A stretch of 64,000 nt of DNA from an uncultured Rivularia sp. (GTDB lineage: Bacteria > Cyanobacteriota > Cyanobacteriia > Cyanobacteriales > Nostocaceae): positions 4,480,001-4,544,000 of the forward strand of contig OY762007.1 of the NCBI GenBank assembly GCA_963665115.1, in the 5' to 3' direction. Of this stretch, positions 11,241 to 21,821 are shown piece after piece (positions within the stretch are counted from its first letter, which is position 1; each line of letters opens with the position of its first letter). Under the pieces are notes generated by a model, which had not been told where the DNA came from, made no database searches, and worked only from the letters and a program-made list of their open reading frames with translations. Position numbers and translations under genes: made by a program.

Positions 11241-11370
11241 GATGGGAAGATTGGGGAGGGGGTAGAAGGGGTAGAAAAACTTTAAATTCTTAACTACTTA
11301 TTACTTGCTACTCACTACTCTTTACTCTTTACTAACTCCTAACTGTTCACTGATAACTGTTGACTGATTA

Positions 11371-12174
11371 ATGGATACTTTAACGGCTTTGCAGGAATTG
11401 ATTGATGTGGTTGCGAAATTGCGATCGCCAGATGGTGGGTGTCCTTGGGATTTGGAACAAACGCCGGAAACTTTGACTCCTTATGCGATTGAGGAGGCTT
11501 ATGAGGTCGCTGATGCTATTAAAAGCGGCGATAAAAATCATGTTGCTGAGGAATTGGGGGATTTACTTTTACAGGTTGTGATGCAAGCGCAACTCTTTGG
11601 CGAATCTGGAGATTTTACGCTTAAGGAAGTCGCTGAAGGTATTACTCAAAAGTTGATTCGTCGTCATCCTCATGTTTTTGGTGATGTTTCGGTACAAAAT
11701 GTTGATGAGGTAAACCAAAACTGGGACGAAATTAAAGCTGCGGAGAAAGGCGAATCAATAGAGGAAAGTCAAAAACTTGTCAATAAGCTTAGTGGTTATA
11801 CTCGTAAATTACCGCCATTAATGGCGACGATGAAAATTTCTAAAAAAGCTGCTGATGTTGGTTTTGAATGGGATGATATCGATGGTGTCTGGGAAAAGTA
11901 TGAGGAAGAATTAGGCGAATTTAAACAGGCTTTAGCTGAGGAATCACCAGAAAGACAGCAAGAGGAATTAGGCGATTTACTATTTAGCGTTCTTCAATTA
12001 GCGCGATGGAATAATTTAGATCCAAGCGAAGCTTTGCAAGGGACAAATAAACGATTTATTCAACGATTTCAAAAGATGGAAGCTTTCGCCAAACGTCCGC
12101 TTTCGGAATATAGGTTGTTAGAGTTGGAAGCGCTTTGGCAGCAAGCTAAGAAGGAGTTGAAGGGTAATGGGTAA
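11371..12174 (+). CDS. mazG: nucleoside triphosphate pyrophosphohydrolase MazG
   Basis: GCPWD, EEAYE, EELGDLL twice, RRHPHVF. Confidence 0.95.
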   Translation: MDTLTALQELIDVVAKLRSPDGGCPWDLEQTPETLTPYAIEEAYEVADAIKSGDKNHVAEELGDLLLQVVMQAQLFGESGDFTLKEVAEGITQKLIRRHPHVFGDVSVQNVDEVNQNWDEIKAAEKGESIEESQKLVNKLSGYTRKLPPLMATMKISKKAADVGFEWDDIDGVWEKYEEELGEFKQALAEESPERQQEELGDLLFSVLQLARWNNLDPSEALQGTNKRFIQRFQKMEAFAKRPLSEYRLLELEALWQQAKKELKGNG

Positions 12175-12211
12175 TTGGTAATTGGTAATTGATAATTGGT
12201 AATTACCCACC

Positions 12212-12622
12212 CTACGGTGATTTATAACTCGCAACTCTCAAAATCAATTCCCCTTCTTCGGGATTCTTACTAAAGATAAATGCTCCTGTCTCCTTCTCTC
12301 TTCTTGATAAAAATTCTATTTGCTGTTCCCCTGTTTCCTCGACTTTTCCGTTAAGACGCAATTCAGCTATAACCTGCACGGAAGCTGCTGTTTCTCCTCC
12401 TTTATTAACTACCTCAAAAGGGATGTAATATTGTCCGTTGATTTTTCGTAGGGGTTGATTATTGGTAATAATAAGAAGAGGTGGTTGCTGCGACGGTTGT
12501 TTTATCCAAGTGAAGCTTACTAAACCTATAACTCCGATAAGTATTGATGACGCGACGCTAAATGTTACCCATTCGGCAGTTGTTCGTTTTTGCTGTTGCT
12601 TGTTTTCTAAAGGTTGATTCAT
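12212..12622 (-). CDS. TIGR02588-family protein
   Basis: AEWVTF-TM; NKGGETAASVQV; ETGAFIF; coupled to the upstream TIGR02587-like gene. Confidence 0.8.
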   Translation of the reverse strand: MNQPLENKQQQKRTTAEWVTFSVASSILIGVIGLVSFTWIKQPSQQPPLLIITNNQPLRKINGQYYIPFEVVNKGGETAASVQVIAELRLNGKVEETGEQQIEFLSRREKETGAFIFSKNPEEGELILRVASYKSP

Positions 12623-13536
12623 ATTGCTAATCTTCCCGCAGCACCACCAATAGTTGTTGGCAATCCTAATATGATGCTATGTTCCAACCAAATTGTCCAA
12701 GGATCGTTCCAAGACAATTTTTGAAAAAACCACAGCATTATGGCTGCTACGATTAACGATACTAAATAGCAAATCATAGTTTCGCTAAAGGGTTGTTGAA
12801 ATATACCTTTATGTTTTCTGCGTTTTTCTTGTGCTGAGAAACCCGCTTGAAATACTATTGCGTAGGAAATTAATACAGAAGTTGCAATAATTGCTAAAAG
12901 CCAAGGCTCGGATACTGCTGCTGCAAGCTTTGCAATTTCATCGGTTGGGGCAATGTTAAAACCTATGACTATTGCACCGATCAAGGTTGCACTTAAATCG
13001 GTAAAAGTCGGGTTATTCTCCGCTGAATCATCTTGTCTGCTGGTTCTATTGTCAGGTGAATTAGTACCGTTTTCGCCTAATAATTGATTGGCTAATGCAA
13101 CACCCAAACTAAACGGTACGCTTTCATAAACAGTTTTACCCAATGCTTCTTTAAGGGAAACTCCAGGTGATAATTCTTGCAACAGCAACAGCATAAAAGC
13201 AGAACAAATTAAGCCAATTCCCATTGCTTCTACTGTTTCTGTAATTGCTTGGTAGCGACGATTGAAACGTTTGGGTTTACGAAAACCCTCAGTACGCATA
13301 AGAAGATAAACAACGATAAATGTTAATACCAGTGCTATCAACATCATCTGTGGTGTTGCCGATGAACCTATCCACCATACTTCCATCGTGTAAAGCAAGG
13401 GAATACCGAATAAAAAACCACCACATCCGCCTCTAACGATGTCATTAATCTCACTTCTCCAGATATTTTTCTGATGTTTTGCCAATTGCTTGTTTCTGGA
13501 TTTGCCGCAGATTCTTCTTAGCGAATTAAATTTCAT
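12619..13536 (-). CDS. TIGR02587 (DUF2391) family membrane protein
   Basis: GGFLFGIPLLYTMEVWWIG, NIAPTDEI, IGGAAGRLAI. Confidence 0.85.
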   Translation of the reverse strand: MKFNSLRRICGKSRNKQLAKHQKNIWRSEINDIVRGGCGGFLFGIPLLYTMEVWWIGSSATPQMMLIALVLTFIVVYLLMRTEGFRKPKRFNRRYQAITETVEAMGIGLICSAFMLLLLQELSPGVSLKEALGKTVYESVPFSLGVALANQLLGENGTNSPDNRTSRQDDSAENNPTFTDLSATLIGAIVIGFNIAPTDEIAKLAAAVSEPWLLAIIATSVLISYAIVFQAGFSAQEKRRKHKGIFQQPFSETMICYLVSLIVAAIMLWFFQKLSWNDPWTIWLEHSIILGLPTTIGGAAGRLAI

Positions 13537-13963
13537 CTGCTACATCTTTTATTTTTTTTTAATCGTTTGATGTTGTCGCTTCTAAACTACAACTACTATG
13601 AATCCAAAACTTTAAGTTAAGAAAAATTTATTAAGCGATTATATTCATATTATCATTAATAGTCGTTGCTCAAACTCTAAATATGTTTAACGCAAAGAAA
13701 TCTTACTGCTTGGTAAAAGTAGCTTTTAAGCATTAACAAATAGTTGAAATCGGTTTAATGTATTTGCCTTGATAATTTTTAAAGTTAACAAATAAACTTT
13801 TATTGGTAAAAAAGCTGTTTATTGCCTTTGCGATCAACTAAGCATATTTTATGTTGAGCACAGTTAATACATAACCGATAATTGGTAATTGGTAATTGAT
13901 AATTGGTAATTGATAAATCTGTAACCCGCTTTCTTTCAAAAATACCGTCTTTATTAATCGTTA

Positions 13964-14443
13964 CTAGCTTTTTAGGGATTTTATATCTTCTTTATATTCG
14001 ACAATTCCACCTCCATCACCAGTCTTTTCGGCTTTTACCGAATAATCAAATGGGTAAATAACATGACCCCTTCCTGATGAATCATTTCCAAAAATATAAG
14101 TAGTTGTAGGAGTGTTACAAGTTCCATGTAACCCCAAACCTTTTTCCGTATCAACTTTTAGTTTGTTACAGTATTTAGAAATATCCTTGTTATCAAACCC
14201 TTGAATATTAATTTCTGCTAATTCAAAAGTATCAGATGTATATGTATACCAGCCATTAAGAGTTTTTCCTTCCTGAGAACCAGAAGCTACATTAACCTTA
14301 AAATCTACTTTTTTATTCGGATTATTAATAGTAGTATCAGGATTACTTTGCTCTTGTGCTTTCTCACAGCCAAAGGATAAACTAATAACACAAATAGCTA
14401 TAACAGTAGTTGCCAAATTTTTTGATAGTTTGAAGTTTAACAT
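13964..14443 (-). CDS. hypothetical lipoprotein
   Basis: Signal peptide with lipobox-like SFGC. Confidence 0.65.
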   Translation of the reverse strand: MLNFKLSKNLATTVIAICVISLSFGCEKAQEQSNPDTTINNPNKKVDFKVNVASGSQEGKTLNGWYTYTSDTFELAEINIQGFDNKDISKYCNKLKVDTEKGLGLHGTCNTPTTTYIFGNDSSGRGHVIYPFDYSVKAEKTGDGGGIVEYKEDIKSLKS

Positions 14444-14489
14444 GATTGTAATTTATAAGATTAAATTTGTTAGATTTGAACAATCATAT

Positions 14490-14972
14490 TTAATAGCCAT
14501 ACTCACGAATTTTACTTAGCTCGAACCAAGTGCGATCACCAACTATTCCGTCTGCAACTAATCCAGTACGCTGTTGCAAATCTTTGATAGCGTTTTCGGT
14601 AACAATACCAAAATATCCGGTAATTGCAGATTGAAAGAAACCCGACCACAACAGCCTTTCTTGAATTTTTTCCACTAATTCACCTTCACTTCGTTTTTGT
14701 AATATAGGCATATCTACTGGGGCACCTTTATATAAACATTGCCAAGTATTTTCATCAACTATCCCGTCTTCGGCTAAAAACATCCAGTAATCGAAGCAGT
14801 TAACAGCGGCTGTAGTTTGAGGCCCAAATATACCATCAACTTTACCGAAGTAGCACCGCCAATGCTTTAAGAATTGTTGTAATTCTGTTACTGTTTCCCC
14901 TGTAGAACCTTGCTTTAATATAGGTTTATTAAATTGAACTCCAGCAGTCTGATAGTTGGAAGTAGAAGTCAT
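14490..14972 (-). CDS. peptidoglycan-binding domain protein (two PG_binding_1 repeats)
   Basis: LKQGSTGETVTELQ..DGIFGPQT; LVADGIVGDRTW. Confidence 0.85.
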   Translation of the reverse strand: MTSTSNYQTAGVQFNKPILKQGSTGETVTELQQFLKHWRCYFGKVDGIFGPQTTAAVNCFDYWMFLAEDGIVDENTWQCLYKGAPVDMPILQKRSEGELVEKIQERLLWSGFFQSAITGYFGIVTENAIKDLQQRTGLVADGIVGDRTWFELSKIREYGY

Positions 14973-15411
14973 GATATTTGTCACTTGTGGTTGATTAGTT
15001 GATGTCAGTTCTGCTGTATCTTATGCCGACAGCTTAAATATAAAATATAAAAAAAATTGTGATTTTAATCGGCAAGTTGTTCATCGGTTGTGGTTTCACA
15101 GTTTGCGAAAATGTCAACTGAAATTCAATTTAGCGTCCTGAAAATAAACCGTATCCTTTGATTGAGTGTTAACTGCTAACTGTAAAAAATATTTATTTCG
15201 ACATGGAAGGCTACAGAAGCGAGTTTGAGCATTCCGGATAGAGAGTACAATATTTTGAAAGAGAAAAAATACCTATTTATATGATATAGCGCTAATCAAC
15301 CATTACTTTCGAGTCATTAAAAACATTTATCTTTCATATTTCATACTTCATTCTTAATATTTCCCGTTCGCAGTTACGATAAAAGATAAGACTGCGTTTT
15401 TGGGTACTACC

Positions 15412-16719
15412 ATGACAGTTCTCACTTATAATTCCGATTTAATACTGACTGCTAAACAAACTCGACTTGCAGCTATGAAACTAGCGGTTTTATCTAGCGC
15501 TGCAAAAAATGAAGCTATTGAAGCGATCGCCACTGCCTTGGAATCAGCACGAGATGAAATAATTCAAGCAAATATTACAGATTGTGAAGCTGCTGAAAAT
15601 GAGGGAATTGCCAAGCCACTTTACAAGCGCTTGCAGTTGGACGAACATAAATTAAGAGATAATATTGTCGGGGTAAGGGATATAGGTAAACTTTCCGACC
15701 CTGTTGGTAGCATTCAGATTCACCGTAAACTAGATACTGGTTTGATTCTCAAGCGCGTAAGTTGTCCTTTGGGAGTTTTAGGGATAATTTTTGAAGCACG
15801 TCCGGAAGCGGCCATTCAAATAGCAACTCTTGCGATAAAATCGGGTAATGGTGTAATCCTCAAAGGTGGAAAAGAAGCGATTCGTTCTTGTGAAGCGATA
15901 GTTAAGGCTATTAAACGAGGATTATCTCAAACTACAGTCGATCCGGATGCGGTACAGTTATTAACTACAAGAGAAGAAACTTTAGAACTTTTGAAGTTAG
16001 ATAAATATGTAGACTTGATTATTCCCAGAGGTTCTAATTCTTTTGTACAGTTTGTCCAGCAAAATACAACGATTCCGGTATTGGGACACGCTGACGGAAT
16101 TTGTCATCTATATATTGATAAAGCCGCAGATATCCACAAAGCGGTAAATATTGCAGTAGATTCAAAAACTCACTATCCAGCAGCTTGCAATGCAATCGAA
16201 ACATTGCTGGTTCATCAAGAGATTGCATCAACTTTTCTACCGCAAGTAGCAGAAGCATTACAGAAATTAAACGTAGAATTGCGCGGAGACGAAGCAACTC
16301 AATCGATTTTATCCAACATAGTACCTGCAACAGAAGAAGATTGGGAAACAGAATACAGCGATTTAATTTTGTCAATCAAAATTGTTGATTCTTTACCCGA
16401 AGCTATAACCCATATCAACGAATACGGTTCCAAACATACCGATGCAATAGTCACAGAAGATATAGAAGCAGCAGAAAACTTTTCGTCCTTAGTGGATGCA
16501 GCAGGAGTCTACCATAATTGTTCCACCCGTTTTGCAGACGGTTTCCGCTACGGCTTCGGCGCAGAAGTTGGAATCAGCACCCAAAAGATACCACCTCGCG
16601 GGCCAGTTGGTTTAGAAGGCTTAGTAACCTATAAATATAAAATGACAGGCAACGGTCATGTAGCGAGCAGTTATACGGGAGAAGATGCAAAGCCGTTTTT
16701 GCATAAAGATTTATTATAG
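15412..16719 (+). CDS. proA: glutamate-5-semialdehyde dehydrogenase
   Basis: [48 protein letters not shown]. Confidence 0.96.
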   Translation: MTVLTYNSDLILTAKQTRLAAMKLAVLSSAAKNEAIEAIATALESARDEIIQANITDCEAAENEGIAKPLYKRLQLDEHKLRDNIVGVRDIGKLSDPVGSIQIHRKLDTGLILKRVSCPLGVLGIIFEARPEAAIQIATLAIKSGNGVILKGGKEAIRSCEAIVKAIKRGLSQTTVDPDAVQLLTTREETLELLKLDKYVDLIIPRGSNSFVQFVQQNTTIPVLGHADGICHLYIDKAADIHKAVNIAVDSKTHYPAACNAIETLLVHQEIASTFLPQVAEALQKLNVELRGDEATQSILSNIVPATEEDWETEYSDLILSIKIVDSLPEAITHINEYGSKHTDAIVTEDIEAAENFSSLVDAAGVYHNCSTRFADGFRYGFGAEVGISTQKIPPRGPVGLEGLVTYKYKMTGNGHVASSYTGEDAKPFLHKDLL

Positions 16720-17139
16720 TTAGGAGTCAGGAATTAGGAGTTAGGAATTATTCAATGCCCAATCCCCAATGCCCTATGCCCCATACCCAATTACCAATTA
16801 AGAAAGAAAAAGGCGAGAAATAAGTGAAATTACTCTTACTTCCCGCTTCAAACATCACCTTGAGCATATTTTCGATTGACAGACTTTGATAGTTTTTTCA
16901 GCACCCTGAACTAAGCTAAGTAGACTTATTAATTTGAATAATAGATCGGAAAAACTCTTACCTGTTGCCACTTTGGCAAAGCGATATTAATTTAACGATA
17001 AAGAGCAGGTGTAGAAAGTGTAGCGAGGCATAATTGCGTGAAATACTCACATCCTGCTGACATTAGAATGTAGGTTTTGAATGAGAGAGGGAGATGGGGA
17101 GACAAGGGGACAAGAATTTTCATCTCATAATCTCCTTAT

Positions 17140-17200
17140 CCAATTACCAATTACCAATTACCAATTACCAATTACCAATTACCAATTACCAATTACCAAT
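17140..17200 (+). repeat. STRR heptamer array (CCAATTA)n
   Basis: About 8-9 tandem copies upstream of psbA. Confidence 0.9.
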
Positions 17201-17264
17201 TCTGAAATTGTTCGCTGATAACAGAAACTAATGAGTCGTATAAGACAAACTTTCTTAAAAAAGC

Positions 17265-17293
17265 TTTACAAAACGTAAAATATGCTCTAATGT
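17265..17293 (+). promoter_or_regulatory. psbA sigma70-type promoter
   Basis: TTTACA-17 nt-TAATGT, about 60 nt upstream of the psbA ATG. Confidence 0.7.
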
Positions 17294-17353
17294 ATAAATA
17301 TAGGTAAGCAAAACAGCTTACACATACATAAAACAAACGCAATTATCCGAACC

Positions 17354-18436
17354 ATGACAACCACATTACAAAGACGCGAGAGCGCCAGTGCGTGGGAACA
17401 GTTCTGCGGATGGATCACCAGCACCAACAACCGTTTATACATCGGTTGGTTTGGTATGTTGATGATTCCTACCCTCTTAGCTGCTACCACCTGTTTCATC
17501 ATCGCATTCGTTGCAGCACCTCCTGTAGACATCGATGGTATCCGCGAGCCTGTTGCAGGTTCGTTGATCTACGGAAACAACATCATCTCCGGTGCTGTTG
17601 TTCCTTCTTCTAACGCTATTGGTTTGCACTTCTACCCAATTTGGGAAGCAGCTTCTCTAGATGAGTGGTTGTATAACGGTGGTCCTTACCAGTTGGTATG
17701 TTTCCACTTCCTAATTGGTGTATTTTGCTACTTAGGTCGTGAGTGGGAATTATCTTACCGCTTGGGTATGCGTCCTTGGATCTGTGTTGCATTCAGTGCT
17801 CCAGTAGCAGCAGCAACCGCAGTATTCTTGATCTACCCAATTGGACAAGGTTCTTTCTCTGACGGTATGCCTTTAGGTATTTCTGGTACCTTTAACTTCA
17901 TGTTCGTGTTCCAAGCTGAACACAACATTTTGATGCACCCCTTCCACCAGTTAGGTGTTGCAGGTGTATTCGGTGGTTCCTTGTTCAGTGCAATGCACGG
18001 TTCTTTGGTAACTTCGAGCTTGGTACGTGAAACAACCGAAACCGAGTCTCAGAACTACGGTTACAAATTCGGTCAAGAAGAAGAAACCTACAACATCGTA
18101 GCTGCACACGGTTACTTTGGTCGTTTGATCTTCCAATACGCTTCCTTCAACAACAGCCGTAGTTTGCACTTCTTCTTAGCAGCATGGCCTGTAGTCGGAA
18201 TCTGGTTCACCGCTTTGGGAATCAGCACAATGGCGTTCAACTTGAACGGTTTCAACTTCAACCAGTCTGTAATTGATTCTAGTGGTAGAGTTGTAAACAC
18301 CTGGGCTGATGTATTGAACAGAGCTAATTTGGGTATGGAAGTAATGCACGAAAGAAATGCACACAACTTCCCACTTGATTTGGCTGCTGGCGAAACCGCT
18401 CCTGTAGCAATCAGCGCTCCCGCAATCAACGGTTAA
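17354..18436 (+). CDS. psbA: photosystem II D1 protein (Glu130 form)
   Basis: Full-length 360-aa D1; YLGREWEL; D170, E189, H332, E333, D342 and A344 ligands intact. Confidence 0.99.
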   Translation: MTTTLQRRESASAWEQFCGWITSTNNRLYIGWFGMLMIPTLLAATTCFIIAFVAAPPVDIDGIREPVAGSLIYGNNIISGAVVPSSNAIGLHFYPIWEAASLDEWLYNGGPYQLVCFHFLIGVFCYLGREWELSYRLGMRPWICVAFSAPVAAATAVFLIYPIGQGSFSDGMPLGISGTFNFMFVFQAEHNILMHPFHQLGVAGVFGGSLFSAMHGSLVTSSLVRETTETESQNYGYKFGQEEETYNIVAAHGYFGRLIFQYASFNNSRSLHFFLAAWPVVGIWFTALGISTMAFNLNGFNFNQSVIDSSGRVVNTWADVLNRANLGMEVMHERNAHNFPLDLAAGETAPVAISAPAING

Positions 18437-18489
18437 AAATTTAATATTGTAGAAACGTGGAGACGTAATGTATTACGTCTCTACATCAT

Positions 18490-18524
18490 AAAAACGCCTT
18501 CCGAGCAATCGGGAGGCGTTTTTT
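18490..18524 (+). terminator. rho-independent terminator of psbA
   Basis: AAAAACGCCTTCCG-AGCAAT-CGGGAGGCGTTTTTT. Confidence 0.85.
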
Positions 18525-18652
18525 GCTGTCTAAATTTTCATTTGCGATTAGCCTTCATCATTACATCGGATAAAAACCGCAGAGGGCACAGAGGGCGTTG
18601 AGGAAAGAAGTAAAGAGAGATCGGTACTTTTAGAGCGGGATAGGAGAGTAAT

Positions 18653-20074
18653 TCAAGTTAATGCTTTTAACAATGCCTGTAATTTAAGTTGGATTTCTGC
18701 AAATTCTTTTTCTGGGTCTGAACCGGGTACAATACCAGCACCAGCATAAAGCAGGGATGATTGACTGTTGTTGTCGATTAGTGCGGAACGAATTCCGACG
18801 ACAAATTCACAGTTACCTTCGGAATCTATCCAACCTAAAGGTGCTGCATATAAACCCCTTTCAAAACTTTCATAACGGCGAATTTCCTGACAAGCAACTT
18901 CGGGTGCAACACCGGCTACTGCTGGTGTCGGATGCAGTTGAGCAACTATTTGCAAGGGATGCACGTTGCGAGGAACTTTTGCGGCGATGGGTGTCCACAA
19001 GTGCTGAATATTTGATAGCTGTCGCAATCTGGGTGTTGAAACTTGAGGTAATAAGCCTAAACTGAGCAACTTTTGAGTTATAAAATCAATTACTAAGGAA
19101 TGTTCGTGTCTTTCTTTGTCGCTGCTGAGTAAGATATTGGCTATTTTTGCGTCTTCTGCTGGTGTTTTCCCCCTAGCTGCGCTTCCAGCTAAAGCATCGG
19201 TGGTTAATTTTTGATTATGAATGGCAATCAATGTTTCTGGAGAAGCACCAATAAAGTTTTGTCCTTTGCCATTGCTTGTAGAAAATATACAGCAATTAGG
19301 ATGTAGCTGTCGGAGATTATTTAATGATTTAAATAAGTTTAATGGAGCGATCGATTGAATATTAAGAGCATCCGCTAAGACAATTTTACTATAATGACCT
19401 TTACTAATATCTTCTAAAGCCGATAATACCGATCTTTTGAATTTACTAGATTTGGTAATCGAGCTTTTAATAAACTTAGGTTTAGAATCATTTAAGCTAA
19501 TAAATTCATATTTTAAATTATTAATATCTGCAATTTTAGCCCATAAACTTTGTAAATAATTTTCTATATTTAAATCTCCATCAATTTGAATATTTGCCCT
19601 TAATACACAGCGTTCGTCTTTACGAGTAACTTGCCATTTAGGTAAAAAAATGGTACCTGGAGAAAAAGGATAGTTTTGTTGAAGATTTGTATCAAAAAAA
19701 CTAAAGCTGCAAAAAAATGCTGGATTCGTAAAAAAATTATTTACATTGCAAAAATTAATGATTTTGCTGAGATTGTATTTTATGAACTTCTCAGCATCAG
19801 AAAAACGTCCTTTGCCTTCAACTTCAAATTTTGTTACCGCACCAATCGCAGCAATAGCTTGTTTTTTGCTGGGGCTTTCCCAGTAGAAATTAAGCCGATC
19901 TAATGTAGCTAGTTTCTGGAAGACAACCAGAGGATCTACCGAGTCAATTTCTAAGGCAATACTAGCTATTTGCGTGCAATTATTCTTAATACAATATGCT
20001 CGTTTTTTTACAAGAAATTGGTATAGCCCCTTATGGTATACAAGAAACTCGGCAGAACATGGTGAAACTGTCAT
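18653..20074 (-). CDS. menF: isochorismate synthase
   Basis: GASPE, ALAGS, KERHEH, LHPTPAVAG, GIRSA, YAGAGIV; located in the men cluster. Confidence 0.93.
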   Translation of the reverse strand: MTVSPCSAEFLVYHKGLYQFLVKKRAYCIKNNCTQIASIALEIDSVDPLVVFQKLATLDRLNFYWESPSKKQAIAAIGAVTKFEVEGKGRFSDAEKFIKYNLSKIINFCNVNNFFTNPAFFCSFSFFDTNLQQNYPFSPGTIFLPKWQVTRKDERCVLRANIQIDGDLNIENYLQSLWAKIADINNLKYEFISLNDSKPKFIKSSITKSSKFKRSVLSALEDISKGHYSKIVLADALNIQSIAPLNLFKSLNNLRQLHPNCCIFSTSNGKGQNFIGASPETLIAIHNQKLTTDALAGSAARGKTPAEDAKIANILLSSDKERHEHSLVIDFITQKLLSLGLLPQVSTPRLRQLSNIQHLWTPIAAKVPRNVHPLQIVAQLHPTPAVAGVAPEVACQEIRRYESFERGLYAAPLGWIDSEGNCEFVVGIRSALIDNNSQSSLLYAGAGIVPGSDPEKEFAEIQLKLQALLKALT

Positions 20075-20379
20075 GGATCTATAAATAGTAAATTTTTTTG
20101 AAGTTCTCTTCCTAAAGCATCATGAATCGTGGTCGTATTTCTACAGGTAGCACATTCAGACGCTGTTTTGCCAGCTAACCAAGGAGGCTCATCAACCTTA
20201 ATGGTAAAAACCTCCTTAACTGCTTCGAGTGTAGATTTTACAGGAGCTTTCGCTCGAAATACAGCCCTGTTGGACAAGGGATGTAGCAAAGAGGGATAAC
20301 TGACAAAATAACAGCTATGAGGGGTGCGCTTGCGGCTTTTTGCCGGTAGAAAATTTGGCAATTTCATTGATTGCGACTG

Positions 20380-20604
20380 GTCACTGACTCAACCCTTAAG
20401 GGATTGAGCTTGCAAAGAACAAACTTTGCAACGCAAGCAGCGACTAGCCCAGTGAGCCTAATCTCGGTAAACACTTCCGAATGCTTCCCCAGTTCGGACA
20501 CATTGTAAGACTATTTGTTTAGTCGTTGGGTAAAGCCAAGTCATCTTAGATTAGGTGGGCGAGGGGACTATTACGGGTTTGCTGATTCCTGGGATTATAT
20601 CCAT
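20380..20604 (+). ncRNA. omega-RNA/HEARO scaffold (guide would be the flank at about 20360-20379)
   Basis: GCTTGCAAAG..CTTTGCAACGCAAGC; GACTAGCCCA; CACTTCCGAATGCTTCCCCAGTTCGGA; TGGGCGAGGGGAC (TCCCC/GGGGA pseudoknot); ends at GGATTATATCCAT where iscB normally begins. Confidence 0.78.
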
Positions 20605-20712
20605 TTAAAAATCAGCCCTTCAAAACACAAAGTCCACGGCAAATAAATTTGCTCGTGTCGCTTCCCTCCCAGGGCTAAAACCTGAGAGTTTCTCGCTTTC
20701 CGCGTGTTTCTT
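20380..20712 (+). mobile_element. non-autonomous IS200/IS605 (IscB-type) element: omega/HEARO RNA with iscB ORF deleted
   Basis: Starts GTCA with subterminal hairpin CTCAACCCT-TA-AGGGATTGAG; HEARO-like core; distal hairpin CTCCCAGG-GCTAAAA-CCTGAGAG; immediately followed by ATGA. Confidence 0.8.
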
Positions 20713-21609
20713 ATGACTACAAAGCTGATTTTATATCCCAACATAAAGCTATGGATGGCGGCAATTAAACCGCCAATGTATTGCGTTGCGATTATGCCGA
20801 TTTGGGTAGGAACTGCTGTGGCTTTTGCAGAAACAAAAGTGCTTCATGCAGGAGTTTTTTGCACGTTTTTAGCTGCTGCCATTTTGATTCTCGCTTGGGA
20901 AAATTTGAGCAATGATGTGTTCGATTCCGATACGGGAATTGATATTAATAAACATCATTCTTTAGTAAATTTGACGGGCAATAGACAATTAATTTTTTGG
21001 CTGGGAAATTGCTTTCTAAGTCTGGGATTGCTGGGAATACTAGCAATTAGTTGGTGGCAACAAGACTTAACTTTAATTGGAATAATTTTACTGTGTTGCG
21101 GTTTAGGATATCTTTATCAAGGACCTCCTTTCCGTTTAGGCTATCAAGGATTAGGGGAAATACTTTGCTTTTTCGCCTTTGGTCCTTTGGGAGTAGCAGC
21201 AGGATATTACAGTCAAACTCAAAGTTGGTCTTTAACGAGTTTGGCGGCTTCGTTAATCGTTGGTATTGCCACAACTTTGATATTATTTTGTTCCCACTTT
21301 CATCAAGTAAAAGACGATTTAGCAGCAGGAAAACTTTCGCCAATTGTTCGTTTGGGAACTCAGAAAGGTTCTTATGTTTTAAACTGGTTAACTGGCAGTA
21401 TTTACGCGCTGATATTGATATTTATACTTTGCGGAATTTTTCCCTTATGGACGCTTTTAAGCTGGTTTAGTTTACCTTTTGCTGCAAAACTATGTAACCA
21501 CGTCGCGCAAAATCACAACCAACCCCTTAAGGTAGATAACTCCAAATTTATTGCGATCGCAGTTCAATTTTGGTCTTGTTTGCTATTAGGATTGGGGTTT
21601 GTTTTATGA
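20713..21609 (+). CDS. menA: 1,4-dihydroxy-2-naphthoate phytyltransferase
   Basis: WMAAIKPPMY, NDVFDSDTGID, YQGPPFRLGY; start at ATG 20713 (MTTK). Confidence 0.93.
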   Translation: MTTKLILYPNIKLWMAAIKPPMYCVAIMPIWVGTAVAFAETKVLHAGVFCTFLAAAILILAWENLSNDVFDSDTGIDINKHHSLVNLTGNRQLIFWLGNCFLSLGLLGILAISWWQQDLTLIGIILLCCGLGYLYQGPPFRLGYQGLGEILCFFAFGPLGVAAGYYSQTQSWSLTSLAASLIVGIATTLILFCSHFHQVKDDLAAGKLSPIVRLGTQKGSYVLNWLTGSIYALILIFILCGIFPLWTLLSWFSLPFAAKLCNHVAQNHNQPLKVDNSKFIAIAVQFWSCLLLGLGFVL

Positions 21610-21821
21610 GCCAGGGAGTTGGGAGTAGTGAGTAGTGAGTAGTGAGTTAGGAGTTGTAAAAGGTAATGGGTAATGGGCAATAGGTAATGGGTAATGGGTA
21701 AATTTGGGATGCTCCCGGTAAATATCTCAAAGAAATAACGATTAATCTTCTTACCTCTCCTTTTCTCCTTGTCACCTTGTTTTCCCCCTCTTCCCTTCTC
21801 TTTCTCGATTCAAAAATAAAT

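Noticed and set aside
20071..20367. 98-aa ORF upstream of menF
   Set aside because: No recognisable motif; occupies the divergent menF/menA promoter region; likely spurious.
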